DNA from: an uncultured bacterium
GTDB lineage: Bacteria; Patescibacteriota; Microgenomatia; Levybacterales; UBA12049
Length of the DNA stretch: 64,000 nt
NCBI GenBank assembly: GCA_963826535.1
Contig: CAWGXL010000001.1
Location: forward strand, 14,336-78,335
Direction: 5' to 3'
This document shows, piece after piece, positions 31,422 through 41,057 of the stretch. A model generated the notes under the pieces. The model did no database searches. It was not told where the DNA came from and saw only the letters and a list, made by a program, of their open reading frames with translations. The position numbers were made by a program, and so were the translations under genes. Numbering within the stretch: the stretch's first letter is position 1; each line of letters opens with the position of its first letter.

Positions 31422-31799
31422 TCACCATTCGTATTGCTTTTTAACTAAATTAAAACCAATAAAAGTATCATTCGACTTTGAATCAGCTTGAAACAACCCG
31501 AAATCTTTTTTGGTCTCCTTTAAATACTCAAGCTTGATCTTCGGGTCTTCGTCAAAAAGACCGGCGGCCTGAATCCTTGCCATAACTTCGGAATTAATCC
31601 CCGCCCTTTTTAAGTCATCCCGGTACTGATTTATTAGTACCTCAAATCCCGCCGTATCGACGAAGTTTTGCTTTGGGTGCGTAGAAGTTTTTTCTGAGTA
31701 TCCTGCCGACATCATTGCTTCCTGTAACGTCTTAGCTTTCTTCATATGTTCGAATGCCGCCTGTTGTTTCGAAGTAGGCTTCACCCGGTTCTTTCTCAT
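31422..31799 (-). CDS. Terminase-small-subunit-like HTH protein
   Basis: T.KQ..........A...AGYSEKT N-terminal motif. Confidence 0.55.
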   Translation of the reverse strand: MRKNRVKPTSKQQAAFEHMKKAKTLQEAMMSAGYSEKTSTHPKQNFVDTAGFEVLINQYRDDLKRAGINSEVMARIQAAGLFDEDPKIKLEYLKETKKDFGLFQADSKSNDTFIGFNLVKKQYEW

Positions 31800-31902
31800 A
31801 GAAATGCTTCTTGCATTGATTTGATGTTTTTCGTCTTTTTTTGTTATAGTTACTTGTCTTGTTATTTGTTATGATTATACACAATAGCAAAATCGAAATA
31901 AT

Positions 31903-32880
31903 ATGTTAAATTTATCTACTAAAGTAAAACCTTCCCTTTTTATCGCACGCCCTTGGGATACGCCCTTTACTGAGCTTTATAAGCACCTCAATGATAATTT
32001 AAGTAAAAAATGGATTATTTATGATGGATCACTAATAATAAAAGAGAATGAAGCACAGGCAAAAAGAGAGATGTTTATAAATAGAAACAAGCTGTTATAT
32101 GACTTGATTGTTTCAGGGATAAAAAAGTCAGATGTATTTATCGCAGACGTAACAAATGCAAATGCAAATGTAATGATTGAGTTGGGAATTGCTATTCAAC
32201 TAAATAAAAACATCATTATTGTTACTGGACAGGATAGAACTAGGCTTCCTTTTGACATACAAGGATTCAATGCCGAAAAATATGATAATAAAAATGATCT
32301 TAACGATAAAATTGAAAAAGAACTTTCTATATATTTATCAATTAAAGAACAAAACTTTGATAAACCATTTCCAGGAAACCATATAGCTATACCTGATGGA
32401 AAATTAACAGGACACAGGAATATAAAACAAATAAATCTTACCAAACCAATCAAAAACCTAAAATTGAGAATAGAATATAAATTTATAAAGATTTCTCACA
32501 GTGATGACTGGTTGGGAATCCATTTGCGGGCTTCTCCATCTATTCAGCCATCAGAATTAGTGTATGTTAGATCAAATGGTAACTTAGAGATTGTAACACT
32601 CCCTACCAGGCCTAAATTTTCTAGTGGCGAAGATAAAGAAAATAAAGATAATAAATTTTCCGATGGTTATACTAGGTTGGAATTGATTCTTGATGGGAAT
32701 AAATTGTTGGCCGCTACATCAACCAAAGAATTATTTGATGAGTTAATACAAATTGAATCATTCGGAAGCATATATCTTCAAGCAAATGCACATAGTAATG
32801 ATCCAAAAGAAAGGGAGAGCCTTGAGATTGATTTTAGAAATTTTGAAATTCTAAATATAGACACTACGACTCCTATTTAA
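31903..32880 (+). CDS. Nucleoside-deoxyribosyltransferase/TIR-like domain + beta-sandwich
   Basis: I.KSD.FIADVT..NANV..ELG.A....K...LPFDI. Confidence 0.7.
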   Translation: MLNLSTKVKPSLFIARPWDTPFTELYKHLNDNLSKKWIIYDGSLIIKENEAQAKREMFINRNKLLYDLIVSGIKKSDVFIADVTNANANVMIELGIAIQLNKNIIIVTGQDRTRLPFDIQGFNAEKYDNKNDLNDKIEKELSIYLSIKEQNFDKPFPGNHIAIPDGKLTGHRNIKQINLTKPIKNLKLRIEYKFIKISHSDDWLGIHLRASPSIQPSELVYVRSNGNLEIVTLPTRPKFSSGEDKENKDNKFSDGYTRLELILDGNKLLAATSTKELFDELIQIESFGSIYLQANAHSNDPKERESLEIDFRNFEILNIDTTTPI

Positions 32881-32964
32881 ACAGGCCGGAATATATTGTC
32901 TTAGCGTGTGGTACATGGTATTATAGGCACTAATTAGCGGTTCGAAGTTCTGAATATCCGGCTC
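32851..32964 (-). other. Detached 37-aa tail of recombinase 2 (EPDIQNFEPLISAYNTMYHTLRQYIP...)
   Basis: In frame with ...STLLG when joined at CAC; similar to the tail at 58511. Confidence 0.8.
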
Positions 32965-32966
32965 AC

Positions 32967-33666
32967 ATATAAACAGCATGGCTGGTCAATGAAAGGCGCA
33001 AAAAGAGGAGCAACTTATCCCCTGCTTAAGGACCTGTACAAAACACTAAAAAGCATAAAGGCGCAAAAACTTTGTACTCGGCTTGAAAAATTTACCAAAG
33101 GGTCTTTATCAAACGTCTTTAATTCTCAAACAAATATAAAGCTTAATAACCGTCTTATTATTTTTGATATCAAAAATGTCAGTGAATCTTTGAGACAAAT
33201 TATGATGGTAGTTATTTCAAATTTTATATACAACAGGGTAAAGACAGACATCCAAAAAAGATTACTTGTAATTGATGAGGGATGGCTTCTATTGCAGCAC
33301 ACGGAAAGCGCCAGGTTTGTTGCAGGTTTGACAAGACGTGCAAGAAAATATTATCTAGGCGTGAGTATAATAACTCAACAGGCTAATGATTTTCTAAATA
33401 ACGATTACGGAAAAGCGATTGCTTCCCAGAGTTCGCTACGAACATTAATGCGCCAGGACACAACAACGATCAAAAAAGTCGCACATGAGTTTAATTTGAG
33501 CGAATATGAACAGAAATTTCTTCTTACATGCGATAGAGGGGAAGCACTCATTATCGCCGACCAGAATCATGTGGCTGTCAAAATAGTTGCGTCAGCCAAA
33601 GAGCATCCGCTGATTACTACAGATCCTGCTGAAAGGTATCTACATCGTGAATCCCCTGTTAATTAA
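32967..33666 (+). pseudogene. C-terminal fragment of VirB4-like conjugation ATPase
   Basis: LLVIDEGW Walker B, RRARKY, ITQQ; Walker A half missing; frame runs up to the att site. Confidence 0.8.
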
Positions 33667-34261
33667 AAACATATTAAATATTTTTTCCATGAAGCAGGAA
33701 TTGAAATATGTTGCTTTTACATTTATTGGAATATTACTTCTTCCGGTCATAGCCGTCTTAGTAATAACAAATACCGGTATACCCGCTGTTTCGGATAAAT
33801 TGGCGAGCGTCAATGCCGAAAATCATGAAATAGAGATCCATGATCCCACCGGAAAAGTGATCGCGACTATAGACGCGGTGACCATCTGGCCGGTATCCGG
33901 AGTCGTAACCCTAGAATTCGGAGAAGCACATCTACCCTATCAGCCCATACATACAGGAATAGATATTGCAAGCAAGAAAGGTGATCCCATCACTCCTTTT
34001 ATGAAAGGAAAAGTATTGTCAGTCAATCATCTATCCTGGGGGTATGGAAATTATGTTGTTATAGATCACGGAAACAATATCACATCAATATACGCTCATA
34101 TGAGTGCGGCCAATGTTACTGAAGGACAGGATGTCAAGCCCGGAGACGTTATTGGCAAAGTAGGTTCTACAGGCTGGTCAACAGGACCGCATTTGCATTT
34201 TGAAGTGAGGGTATTCGGAGTGCCGGTAAATCCTAGAACATTTGTAACGGGAATTCCATAA
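33647..34261 (+). CDS. M23 family peptidase
   Basis: HTGIDI, YAHM, STGPHLHFE. Confidence 0.93.
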   Translation: MNPLLIKNILNIFSMKQELKYVAFTFIGILLLPVIAVLVITNTGIPAVSDKLASVNAENHEIEIHDPTGKVIATIDAVTIWPVSGVVTLEFGEAHLPYQPIHTGIDIASKKGDPITPFMKGKVLSVNHLSWGYGNYVVIDHGNNITSIYAHMSAANVTEGQDVKPGDVIGKVGSTGWSTGPHLHFEVRVFGVPVNPRTFVTGIP

Positions 34262-34507
34262 TTACCTTGACTCTAGGATTAATCTAACTATAGATTTCGG
34301 CTCAATAATTCAGGCTTTCAAGATTTACAATATATCGGAGAGTTAAGGTAGTGGGCGGAGGAGATTTGGAGGTTGTAAGGATAGGAATTCTCGCTTATTT
34401 CCACTTAATTATGTAAAATTATCTCATTTTCTATAAATTGTACATATGATTAATGCGCTAATTATAAAAGCTCCGATAACAATTTCTAGGACATTATGTG
34501 TTTGCTC

Positions 34508-35503
34508 TTACTCAACAATATTTTCCTTTTTTCCTGCTAAATATGATGCAATATTTCCGGTTGTAATTTGAAGAATTTGCATAAGTGCTTCCTGACTATT
34601 AAAGGCATTGTGAGAAGTAAAGATAACATCATCTCGTTCGAGTAGTACGTGATTTAGAAGTTGGGTTTTTATATCGCATGCTTTTAAGAAATCTTCGGTT
34701 AGCAGTTCGCGCTCTTCCTTAAGAGAACATTCTTCTTCCAGTACATCAAGTCCAGCGGCAAGTAAAGTTTTGGTTTCAAGACCTTCTAGGATTGCTTGTG
34801 TTTCAACAAGTGGTCCCCGCGCTGTGTTGATAAGGATGCTTCCCTTTTTAAACTTCTTGATATTTTCCCTATTGATAATATGGTGGGTTTCTTTGGTGTG
34901 CGGTACATGAAGTGAAACAAAATCAGAAGAACTGATAAGTTCATCGAAAGGTACATATTTCAGATTCTCACGGTCATTCTCCGGATGCGATGTATACACA
35001 AGCACTTTCATACCGAAACATAGGGCAAGGTCAATTACCTTTCTTCCAATCTTCCCTGCACCGATAACTCCAATTGTTTTTCCGGATAAGTCAAATCCTC
35101 GTAGACCTTCTAGGGAAAAATTTCCTCTCCTCGTTCTATCAACGGTTGGGATAAGTTTTTTACTTAATGCCAGAATAAGCATAAAAGTATGCTCTGCAAC
35201 ACTGTGTGCTCCGTATGAGGGGACATTGACAACTGTTATTCCTTTTTCTTTGCAATATGCCAGATCAATATGATCGTATCCAGTAGATCGGGTCGCAATT
35301 AGCTTAAGATTTGGAAATTTATCTATGGTTTCTTTCTTTAACGCGGAATAAATGAATACTGAAATAATGGATGCGGAAAAAACTTCCGGAATGCTCTCTT
35401 CATGGGCTTTGTTTTGTGTGAATATCAACTCGTTATTTGGAAAGGCTTTTTGTATATATTCCTTTTCCCATTCTTCAATTTCAAAAAAGACAATTTTATC
35501 CAT
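34508..35503 (-). CDS. D-lactate-dehydrogenase-like 2-hydroxyacid dehydrogenase
   Basis: TRSTGYDHID, GAGKIG, INTARG, H.AFNS.EA. Confidence 0.9.
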   Translation of the reverse strand: MDKIVFFEIEEWEKEYIQKAFPNNELIFTQNKAHEESIPEVFSASIISVFIYSALKKETIDKFPNLKLIATRSTGYDHIDLAYCKEKGITVVNVPSYGAHSVAEHTFMLILALSKKLIPTVDRTRRGNFSLEGLRGFDLSGKTIGVIGAGKIGRKVIDLALCFGMKVLVYTSHPENDRENLKYVPFDELISSSDFVSLHVPHTKETHHIINRENIKKFKKGSILINTARGPLVETQAILEGLETKTLLAAGLDVLEEECSLKEERELLTEDFLKACDIKTQLLNHVLLERDDVIFTSHNAFNSQEALMQILQITTGNIASYLAGKKENIVE

Positions 35504-35506
35504 AAT

Positions 35507-36148
35507 TTAACGGCGTTTAAAATAAATAAAAATACGGTAGAGAATTACGAGTAGCATAAATAAGAATATAAAAAGGCTTGATTGCGGATAAGATGGATTT
35601 GCGACGCTACCAGTTTGTTGCGGGTGACCGCTTAAATAGCTTATCCATCCTTCATGCCTCATAATTACTAAATGGAGAAATACTGCCACGAATGCGATTT
35701 GTGCTCCGGAACTGAGATGTTTTATCCATTGGAGCCCACCCATCTTTTGGATTTTAGTGTCTCTTGAGAGAAAGGCGAGATACCCCCAGACCAAAATTGC
35801 AATTAGTCCCATTATTACAGGAAGCCATTCTTCCAAATACCACTGAGGAAAAGGGAATCTCTCTTGCAGATATAGTGAGGCAACAATATGAAGAACAGCA
35901 TAGATGAATGCTGAAAGTCCAAGTTGCCTACGAATAGTCATGTACTTGGCAACAGATGTTATTTTTCTTGAAACCGGGCCAATGAGTAGGGTCAATCCTG
36001 CAAGAATTACTGCAATTGAGGCGAATGCTTTGTTTGCATCATAAATGTTAAAACCGCCCCGGCGAACATAAAGATAAATTATCAGTAAGGCAAAAATGAG
36101 GAGAGAAATAATAATAGCTTTCGCCCAACGTTTTTGAAGTTCTTTCAT
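35507..36148 (-). CDS. Ferric-reductase-like (MsrQ-like) heme membrane protein
   Basis: RRQLGL.AF.YA.LH; W..LH-like; LH. Confidence 0.75.
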   Translation of the reverse strand: MKELQKRWAKAIIISLLIFALLIIYLYVRRGGFNIYDANKAFASIAVILAGLTLLIGPVSRKITSVAKYMTIRRQLGLSAFIYAVLHIVASLYLQERFPFPQWYLEEWLPVIMGLIAILVWGYLAFLSRDTKIQKMGGLQWIKHLSSGAQIAFVAVFLHLVIMRHEGWISYLSGHPQQTGSVANPSYPQSSLFIFLFMLLVILYRIFIYFKRR

Positions 36149-36208
36149 AATTAGAATTTTTAGCTCTTCCTTAATTTATAACATAATTTAAAAAATATTG
36201 CATGACGA

Positions 36209-37339
36209 TCATATATTTAATAAGGGTAAAGAAAAGTAGAATGTGCTTCCTTTTCCAAGCTCTGACTCTACCCATAATCTACCTTTGTGTCGCTTGATAA
36301 TTTGTTTTGAAATATAGAGTCCCAACCCAAAGCCTGTCCTTGAGCTTTTTGACATTTTGTTTATCTGATAGAATAAATCAAAAATACGTTTTTGATGATT
36401 CTTCGGAATCCCGGCACCGTTGTCTCTGACTGCCACTATTACCTTTTTCTTTTCAGGATGCACGGACATATCAATAATCGTTTTACCAGGTGAATATTTA
36501 ATGGCATTTGAAATTAAATTAACCAAAACCTGCTCGATTCGATGCTGATCGGCATTGATAAAAAGCTCTTTTGGCATATTTTTTATATCAATCTTATGAA
36601 TATTTGCATAGATACGCATTTTTCTCGCGTTGTGTCTTATAAGTTTTATTAAGTCGAACTTTTCATATAGTAAACGTAATTTACCTGTTTTAATTCGGGA
36701 ACTATCTAGAAGATCATTCACCAATGTTGTTATACTTTTAATTTCATTATCAATCATTTTCAGTTCACGCAGATCTCGACCGCGCGTATTGGATTTTTTT
36801 GCTTTAACTAAGCGGGATTGTGATATCAACTTAAGAACAGTGATTGGCGTCTTCAATTCATGTGCTGCTGTCGTTAGGAAAACCTCTTGTAATTGTTCCA
36901 GGCGCTTTCTTTCTGTAATATCATGCTGAATTTGGACATAATAAAAAGTTTTTCCATCTTGTTGAACCGGGAAAAAAGTAGAATAAATTTGGTATTCGCT
37001 TCCATCTTTTCTTCTGTCAATAGTTTCTTCGGTAGTAAACGATTGATTATTTAAAAGCGCATCCCACAATTCTTTATAAATTTTTCTTGGAGTTTTCCCG
37101 CTTTGTAGAATACGAGGGATTTGCCCTTTCACTTCTGAAAACTTATATCCTGTGAGTTTTTCCCACGCCGGATTGACAAAGATGATTTTTGCGTCTGTTG
37201 AGGTAATAAGAATAGGATCAGAACAAGCAGAGAGTATTTGATTAACTTTATTGATTTCACTTTCCACAACTGATAGCTCAATTACTAATTGATGAATTGT
37301 ATTTTGATCTTGCTGAGACTGTGAGTTTAATTGGGACAT
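36209..37339 (-). CDS. PAS-domain histidine kinase
   Basis: VNPAW..LTGY PAS, HELKTP, NAIKYS, GFGLGL. Confidence 0.93.
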   Translation of the reverse strand: MSQLNSQSQQDQNTIHQLVIELSVVESEINKVNQILSACSDPILITSTDAKIIFVNPAWEKLTGYKFSEVKGQIPRILQSGKTPRKIYKELWDALLNNQSFTTEETIDRRKDGSEYQIYSTFFPVQQDGKTFYYVQIQHDITERKRLEQLQEVFLTTAAHELKTPITVLKLISQSRLVKAKKSNTRGRDLRELKMIDNEIKSITTLVNDLLDSSRIKTGKLRLLYEKFDLIKLIRHNARKMRIYANIHKIDIKNMPKELFINADQHRIEQVLVNLISNAIKYSPGKTIIDMSVHPEKKKVIVAVRDNGAGIPKNHQKRIFDLFYQINKMSKSSRTGFGLGLYISKQIIKRHKGRLWVESELGKGSTFYFSLPLLNI

Positions 37340-37406
37340 ATTTTTAATTTAATGCTAATTTACACCACTTTACTTATGTTATCTATGACCTTTTTAACCA
37401 AAATAG

Positions 37407-37422
37407 TGTGATTTAGGTCACA
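37407..37422. promoter_or_regulatory. CRP/FNR-type box TGTGA-TTTAGG-TCACA
   Basis: Perfect consensus 68 bp upstream of the kinase gene. Confidence 0.75.
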
Positions 37423-37468
37423 TGAGTTAAGAAGATTGTGAGGGAAAGCTAATATCGCAACTGCCTTT

Positions 37469-38074
37469 TTATCCATTATTCCAAACAAATTTTCTTTCGG
37501 GTTCTATGATATGCTCTCTTATAATATTTATCTTTTCTACCTTATTGGGGATAACATCTTCAAGAACTGTGGCATAACGTAAAGGATTATGAATTTGATA
37601 CATATCAAGATACTTAATATGGTGAGTTGGGTCAGATAAGCTGATTGTGCCATAATTGAATAATCTCCCGAATAATGTTTGATCGACTTCGATATCCCTA
37701 ATATCCTTCAAAGGATATTTCTCAACATGTCGGAAAATGAGTCCCCTGCGGTGTGCGACGAGATGTGGCGTAATTTCATAATATTCATTTAACCATTGAA
37801 GAAACAGCAAGGCAATAATAGCTGATTTAATTATGACAAAGGATATAATTACAGGGATAGTTAATAAACTTATATCTGTGTTGAATCTTGTAAGGACTCC
37901 TGATACCAAGAGTGTGTGGAACAAAATAACTAATGTTCCGGTCATCATTTCAACAAGGAATAATTTTAACAAAAGAAATGATATGCTCAGCCTTATATTC
38001 ACATGTGTTACTTGTAATTTTTTTATTTGATTATTCATAATTATTATAGTATTCTCCGTAGTAATAATCCGCAA
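37469..38074 (-). CDS. Bacterial PH-domain membrane protein
   Basis: Two TMs, Y.IT, QTLFGRLFNYGTI. Confidence 0.8.
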   Translation of the reverse strand: MRIITTENTIIIMNNQIKKLQVTHVNIRLSISFLLLKLFLVEMMTGTLVILFHTLLVSGVLTRFNTDISLLTIPVIISFVIIKSAIIALLFLQWLNEYYEITPHLVAHRRGLIFRHVEKYPLKDIRDIEVDQTLFGRLFNYGTISLSDPTHHIKYLDMYQIHNPLRYATVLEDVIPNKVEKINIIREHIIEPERKFVWNNG

Positions 38075-38095
38075 TGACTTAAGTTACAGATAAAG

Positions 38096-38111
38096 TGTGA
38101 CAAGCATCACT
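38096..38111. promoter_or_regulatory. CRP/FNR-type box TGTGA-CAAGCA-TCACT
   Basis: 9/10 match in a divergent intergenic region. Confidence 0.65.
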
Positions 38112-38144
38112 GACATTTTTAAAAGTTTCCTTTAAAGTTCATAT

Positions 38145-38498
38145 ATGATTAAAGTGGTACAAGATGGGCAATATGAACTTATGGAAACAAAGGGACAGAC
38201 CAAGATATTAATTCTGAAAGGAAAAAAATCATATGCTTGGGTCAATGCCGCGGATATTGGAGAAATTTTAGTTACTTCACATAAATCACACAAAGTGGAT
38301 CATATCCTCTCAATTGGGAAATATAGGCTTTATGAAGTAAAAGACGAGCAAAATTTCACCGATCTTTTACATCTTGAACTACATGTTGGTGATGGGGTGT
38401 GGCAAGGTTATTTACTCCCGACAGGATTGCCAAGTAATACAAAAATACGCAATAGAATAATTCCTACCAGAGAAATAATTACGAAAGCAATTAATTAG
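38145..38498 (+). CDS. Hypothetical protein
   Basis: 117-aa ORF. Confidence 0.6.
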   Translation: MIKVVQDGQYELMETKGQTKILILKGKKSYAWVNAADIGEILVTSHKSHKVDHILSIGKYRLYEVKDEQNFTDLLHLELHVGDGVWQGYLLPTGLPSNTKIRNRIIPTREIITKAIN

Positions 38499-39145
38499 AA
38501 ACCATTTAATTCAGCTTCAAGTTTGTTTACATTTTTAATAACAAGTAAATTTTTATTTAACGTTATTATGCCTTTATTCTTGAGCATCTTCATCTCGCGG
38601 CTTACTGTTTCCCGTGACATTCCTGCTGAAGTAGCTAAATCTTTTTCAGTAATCTTTATTTCAATAGAAGTTTCTTTTTTGTTTATTCTTCCAAATCTTT
38701 TTGACTGTATCATGAGTTCAGTTATAAGCCGTTCATATGCACTTCCAGTCATTAAATAAGACATCCTAAGCATCATTCCATCAATCCCTCTATAAACGCG
38801 GCTTATGAGATTAAATAGTACGTCTGGATTATCTTTTATAAATTTTAGTGTTTCTTCTGTTGGCGCACGCCATACCTCAACTTGTGTCGTTGCTTCATAG
38901 AAGTAAATATTTTTAGTATTATTTATTGCCCAGCTCATTGGAAAAAAAGAAATTGGTTTAAAAATATTAAGAACTAATTCATCACCTTTTTTAGAAATCG
39001 CATACTTTTTTACTAATCCTTCAGTCAGGTAAAAAATTCCTAAGGGGTTATCATCCGCACGTATTACTATTTCACCTTTTTTATATATTTGCTTTTTGTA
39101 TTGCTTGAAAAAAGTATCAACTTTCTTTTTAACCTGCTCATCCAT
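38495..39145 (-). CDS. Crp/Fnr family regulator
   Basis: cNMP-binding barrel and HTH IT..DLA...GMSRETVSR. Confidence 0.93.
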   Translation of the reverse strand: MDEQVKKKVDTFFKQYKKQIYKKGEIVIRADDNPLGIFYLTEGLVKKYAISKKGDELVLNIFKPISFFPMSWAINNTKNIYFYEATTQVEVWRAPTEETLKFIKDNPDVLFNLISRVYRGIDGMMLRMSYLMTGSAYERLITELMIQSKRFGRINKKETSIEIKITEKDLATSAGMSRETVSREMKMLKNKGIITLNKNLLVIKNVNKLEAELNGF

Positions 39146-39252
39146 AATTCAGATTATACTTCTCGTATTGAATATAATCAATGTCTTATGGAGTACAATT
39201 GGTGTTTATAATCAAATAACTTGTATAACTCGAAAATCTGCTTATTGCCTAT

Positions 39253-39714
39253 TTAATTAAGAATGACAATAAAAAGATTTAAGAACAAGGCGTAGCTTAC
39301 CCAGAGGATATAAGGGGTTAAAAGGAAAGCCGCTGGTTTTGAAATTCTCAAAAAAAGGAGAATTGTATACAATATTGCAGCCCAGAGGAAAAGAATAATA
39401 ATAAAAGCTAAAAGAGGCATATGGATTCCGAAGAAAACAAGAGACCATAATAAATTTAAAGCAAGTTGAATAAGGAATACTTGTAAAGCAACTTTTTTAC
39501 TTTTTGTTTTCTTATTCCAGATAAGATAGAACGAAACACCCATTAAAAAATAAAGGAAAGTCCATACGGGACCAAATATCCAGTTCGGAGGAGTAAGGAA
39601 AGGCTTATTGAGAGTTACATACCAAGTAGTTATTGAAGGAAGGGTTGATATGCTACCGAGTAAAGCTACAGAGAAACAAAGCAAAAGCGAGACAGTTAAC
39701 TTTTTTATATTCAT
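39253..39714 (-). CDS. tspO: TspO/MBR tryptophan-rich sensory protein
   Basis: WY..LNKP...PPNWIFGPVWT.LY, LN..WS..FFG, PY..WV.YA..LN. Confidence 0.93.
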   Translation of the reverse strand: MNIKKLTVSLLLCFSVALLGSISTLPSITTWYVTLNKPFLTPPNWIFGPVWTFLYFLMGVSFYLIWNKKTKSKKVALQVFLIQLALNLLWSLVFFGIHMPLLAFIIILFLWAAILYTILLFLRISKPAAFLLTPYILWVSYALFLNLFIVILN

Positions 39715-39744
39715 CTATTTATGTTTTTCAGTTATGTAACTACT

Positions 39745-40275
39745 CTATGATATGAGTCTCAAATCATCAGAAGTGCCTTCGATAATAGATGCTTTTTCAC
39801 TGAAGTGAGAATATTTAAATTGATCTATAGTGACCTGAATTATTGTAATTTTCTCCGGTATAAGCTCCATAAGAGGCCAAGCTTGCGAAGGTAAAATGTC
39901 CTTTTTAATTGCATTATGTATGGATATAAGAAACTTTATTGAGTCGTCAGGGTTATCAATAATATTTGCATATCCCTTAATCTGAATCTCTTGCCTCTCT
40001 ATAGCTTTGCAAATAGTAAGAGAAACTCTATTGTTGAATGTTATATTCTGAATTTTTGCGCTGTCATTACGTGTTGCGAAATAGACTGACTTGATACCAT
40101 CGTAATAGTAATAAATTATTGCCGACGCAGGCCCCGGTTCGATTGCTGATTGTGGGACTGCTTCAATTACTGTTTGGGGAATTGCTTCGGGAGCAGAGAT
40201 AGTTGCTAAGCTGGCAACGTTATTATTTTTTAAGAAATCTTTTGCCTCTTTAAGAAGTTGTGAATCTACGATCAT
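39745..40275 (-). CDS. Pyridoxamine 5'-phosphate oxidase-like FMN-binding protein
   Basis: LAT...P, YFAT...S.K..NI..N..VSL, I.G.A. Confidence 0.75.
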   Translation of the reverse strand: MIVDSQLLKEAKDFLKNNNVASLATISAPEAIPQTVIEAVPQSAIEPGPASAIIYYYYDGIKSVYFATRNDSAKIQNITFNNRVSLTICKAIERQEIQIKGYANIIDNPDDSIKFLISIHNAIKKDILPSQAWPLMELIPEKITIIQVTIDQFKYSHFSEKASIIEGTSDDLRLIS

Positions 40276-40428
40276 GATAAAAGTATACCATAGATCATAA
40301 TTGTGCTTACGGTAAAGTTAACAATTAAAACTATACCATTCCGCTTGATTTTGCAATTACTTTCTGGAAATCGTCCCAGGATATGGATTAAAATCCTTAC
40401 TCCTCCTACTAAGTTAGATTTTCGATGA

Positions 40429-40467
40429 ATTGATTTAAATCACACTATATTCCTGATATTTATCACT
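40429..40467. promoter_or_regulatory. Two degenerate CRP-like boxes
   Basis: ATTGA-TTTAAA-TCACA and CCTGA-TATTTA-TCACT between divergent genes. Confidence 0.45.
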
Positions 40468-40656
40468 GCATCTTAAAATGAATAAGGGTATATTATAAGT
40501 AATATGAGAAATGATATTATTGAATTAGATAGGAATTGGCAATATGCGCATCCACTAATCAAGATTTGTTATTGGATTGATAAAAATGCTCATAAAGTCC
40601 TATTACCTATTCAGACTTTAATAAAATTAATAAAACATGAAAGGAGGTGAAAATAA

Positions 40657-41025
40657 ATGTTTGCGGAAGATATTAAAAAATTAACAAAAGAAAATACTAA
40701 TTTTAGAAAAGTTCTTCATACAGGACAACATAGTCAAATAGTCGCTATGAGTATTCCAGTAAGTGGGGACATAGGCGAAGAAGTTCATCCAAATACCGAT
40801 CAAATGCTTTTCTTAGTTAAAGGAGAATGTGAAGCAATGCTCAATGGTGAGAAAAGATTGGTAGAAGAACATGATGTAGTTTTTGTCCCGGCAGGAACAA
40901 CACACAATTTTAAAAATACCGGTGATGAAGACTTAAAACTCTTCACTGTCTATGCTCCTCCAGAACATCCGGATGGAACAGTTCATAAAACGAAAGAGGA
41001 AGCAGGAAAAGCTGAGCATAAATGA
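40657..41025 (+). CDS. Cupin domain protein
   Basis: N.NFRKVL.TG, EEVH..DQ, VPAG..HN, YAPPEH; strong SD. Confidence 0.9.
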   Translation: MFAEDIKKLTKENTNFRKVLHTGQHSQIVAMSIPVSGDIGEEVHPNTDQMLFLVKGECEAMLNGEKRLVEEHDVVFVPAGTTHNFKNTGDEDLKLFTVYAPPEHPDGTVHKTKEEAGKAEHK

Positions 41026-41057
41026 TAACGCTTAGCTTTGAAAGGAGGTGAAAATAT

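Larger units (their letters stand above)
26176..32966. mobile_element. Element 2: 6791-bp serine-recombinase integrative element, satellite-like
   Basis: CAC core at 26173-26175; right end GTTCGA-N18-CAC with CCGGCTCAC; in-frame tail. Confidence 0.85.

Noticed and set aside
32940-32967. Extra tRNA genes at 32940, 57436 and 58597
   Set aside because: Only T-loop and acceptor fragments with altered spacing; no cloverleaf. Interpreted as att half-sites.
34297-34307. TCGGCTCAAT as a further att site
   Set aside because: Lacks the CAC core and the upstream GTTCGA at 18 nt.
40130-40195. Short imperfect duplication EAIPQTVI/EAVPQSAI
   Set aside because: Likely a neutral loop expansion.
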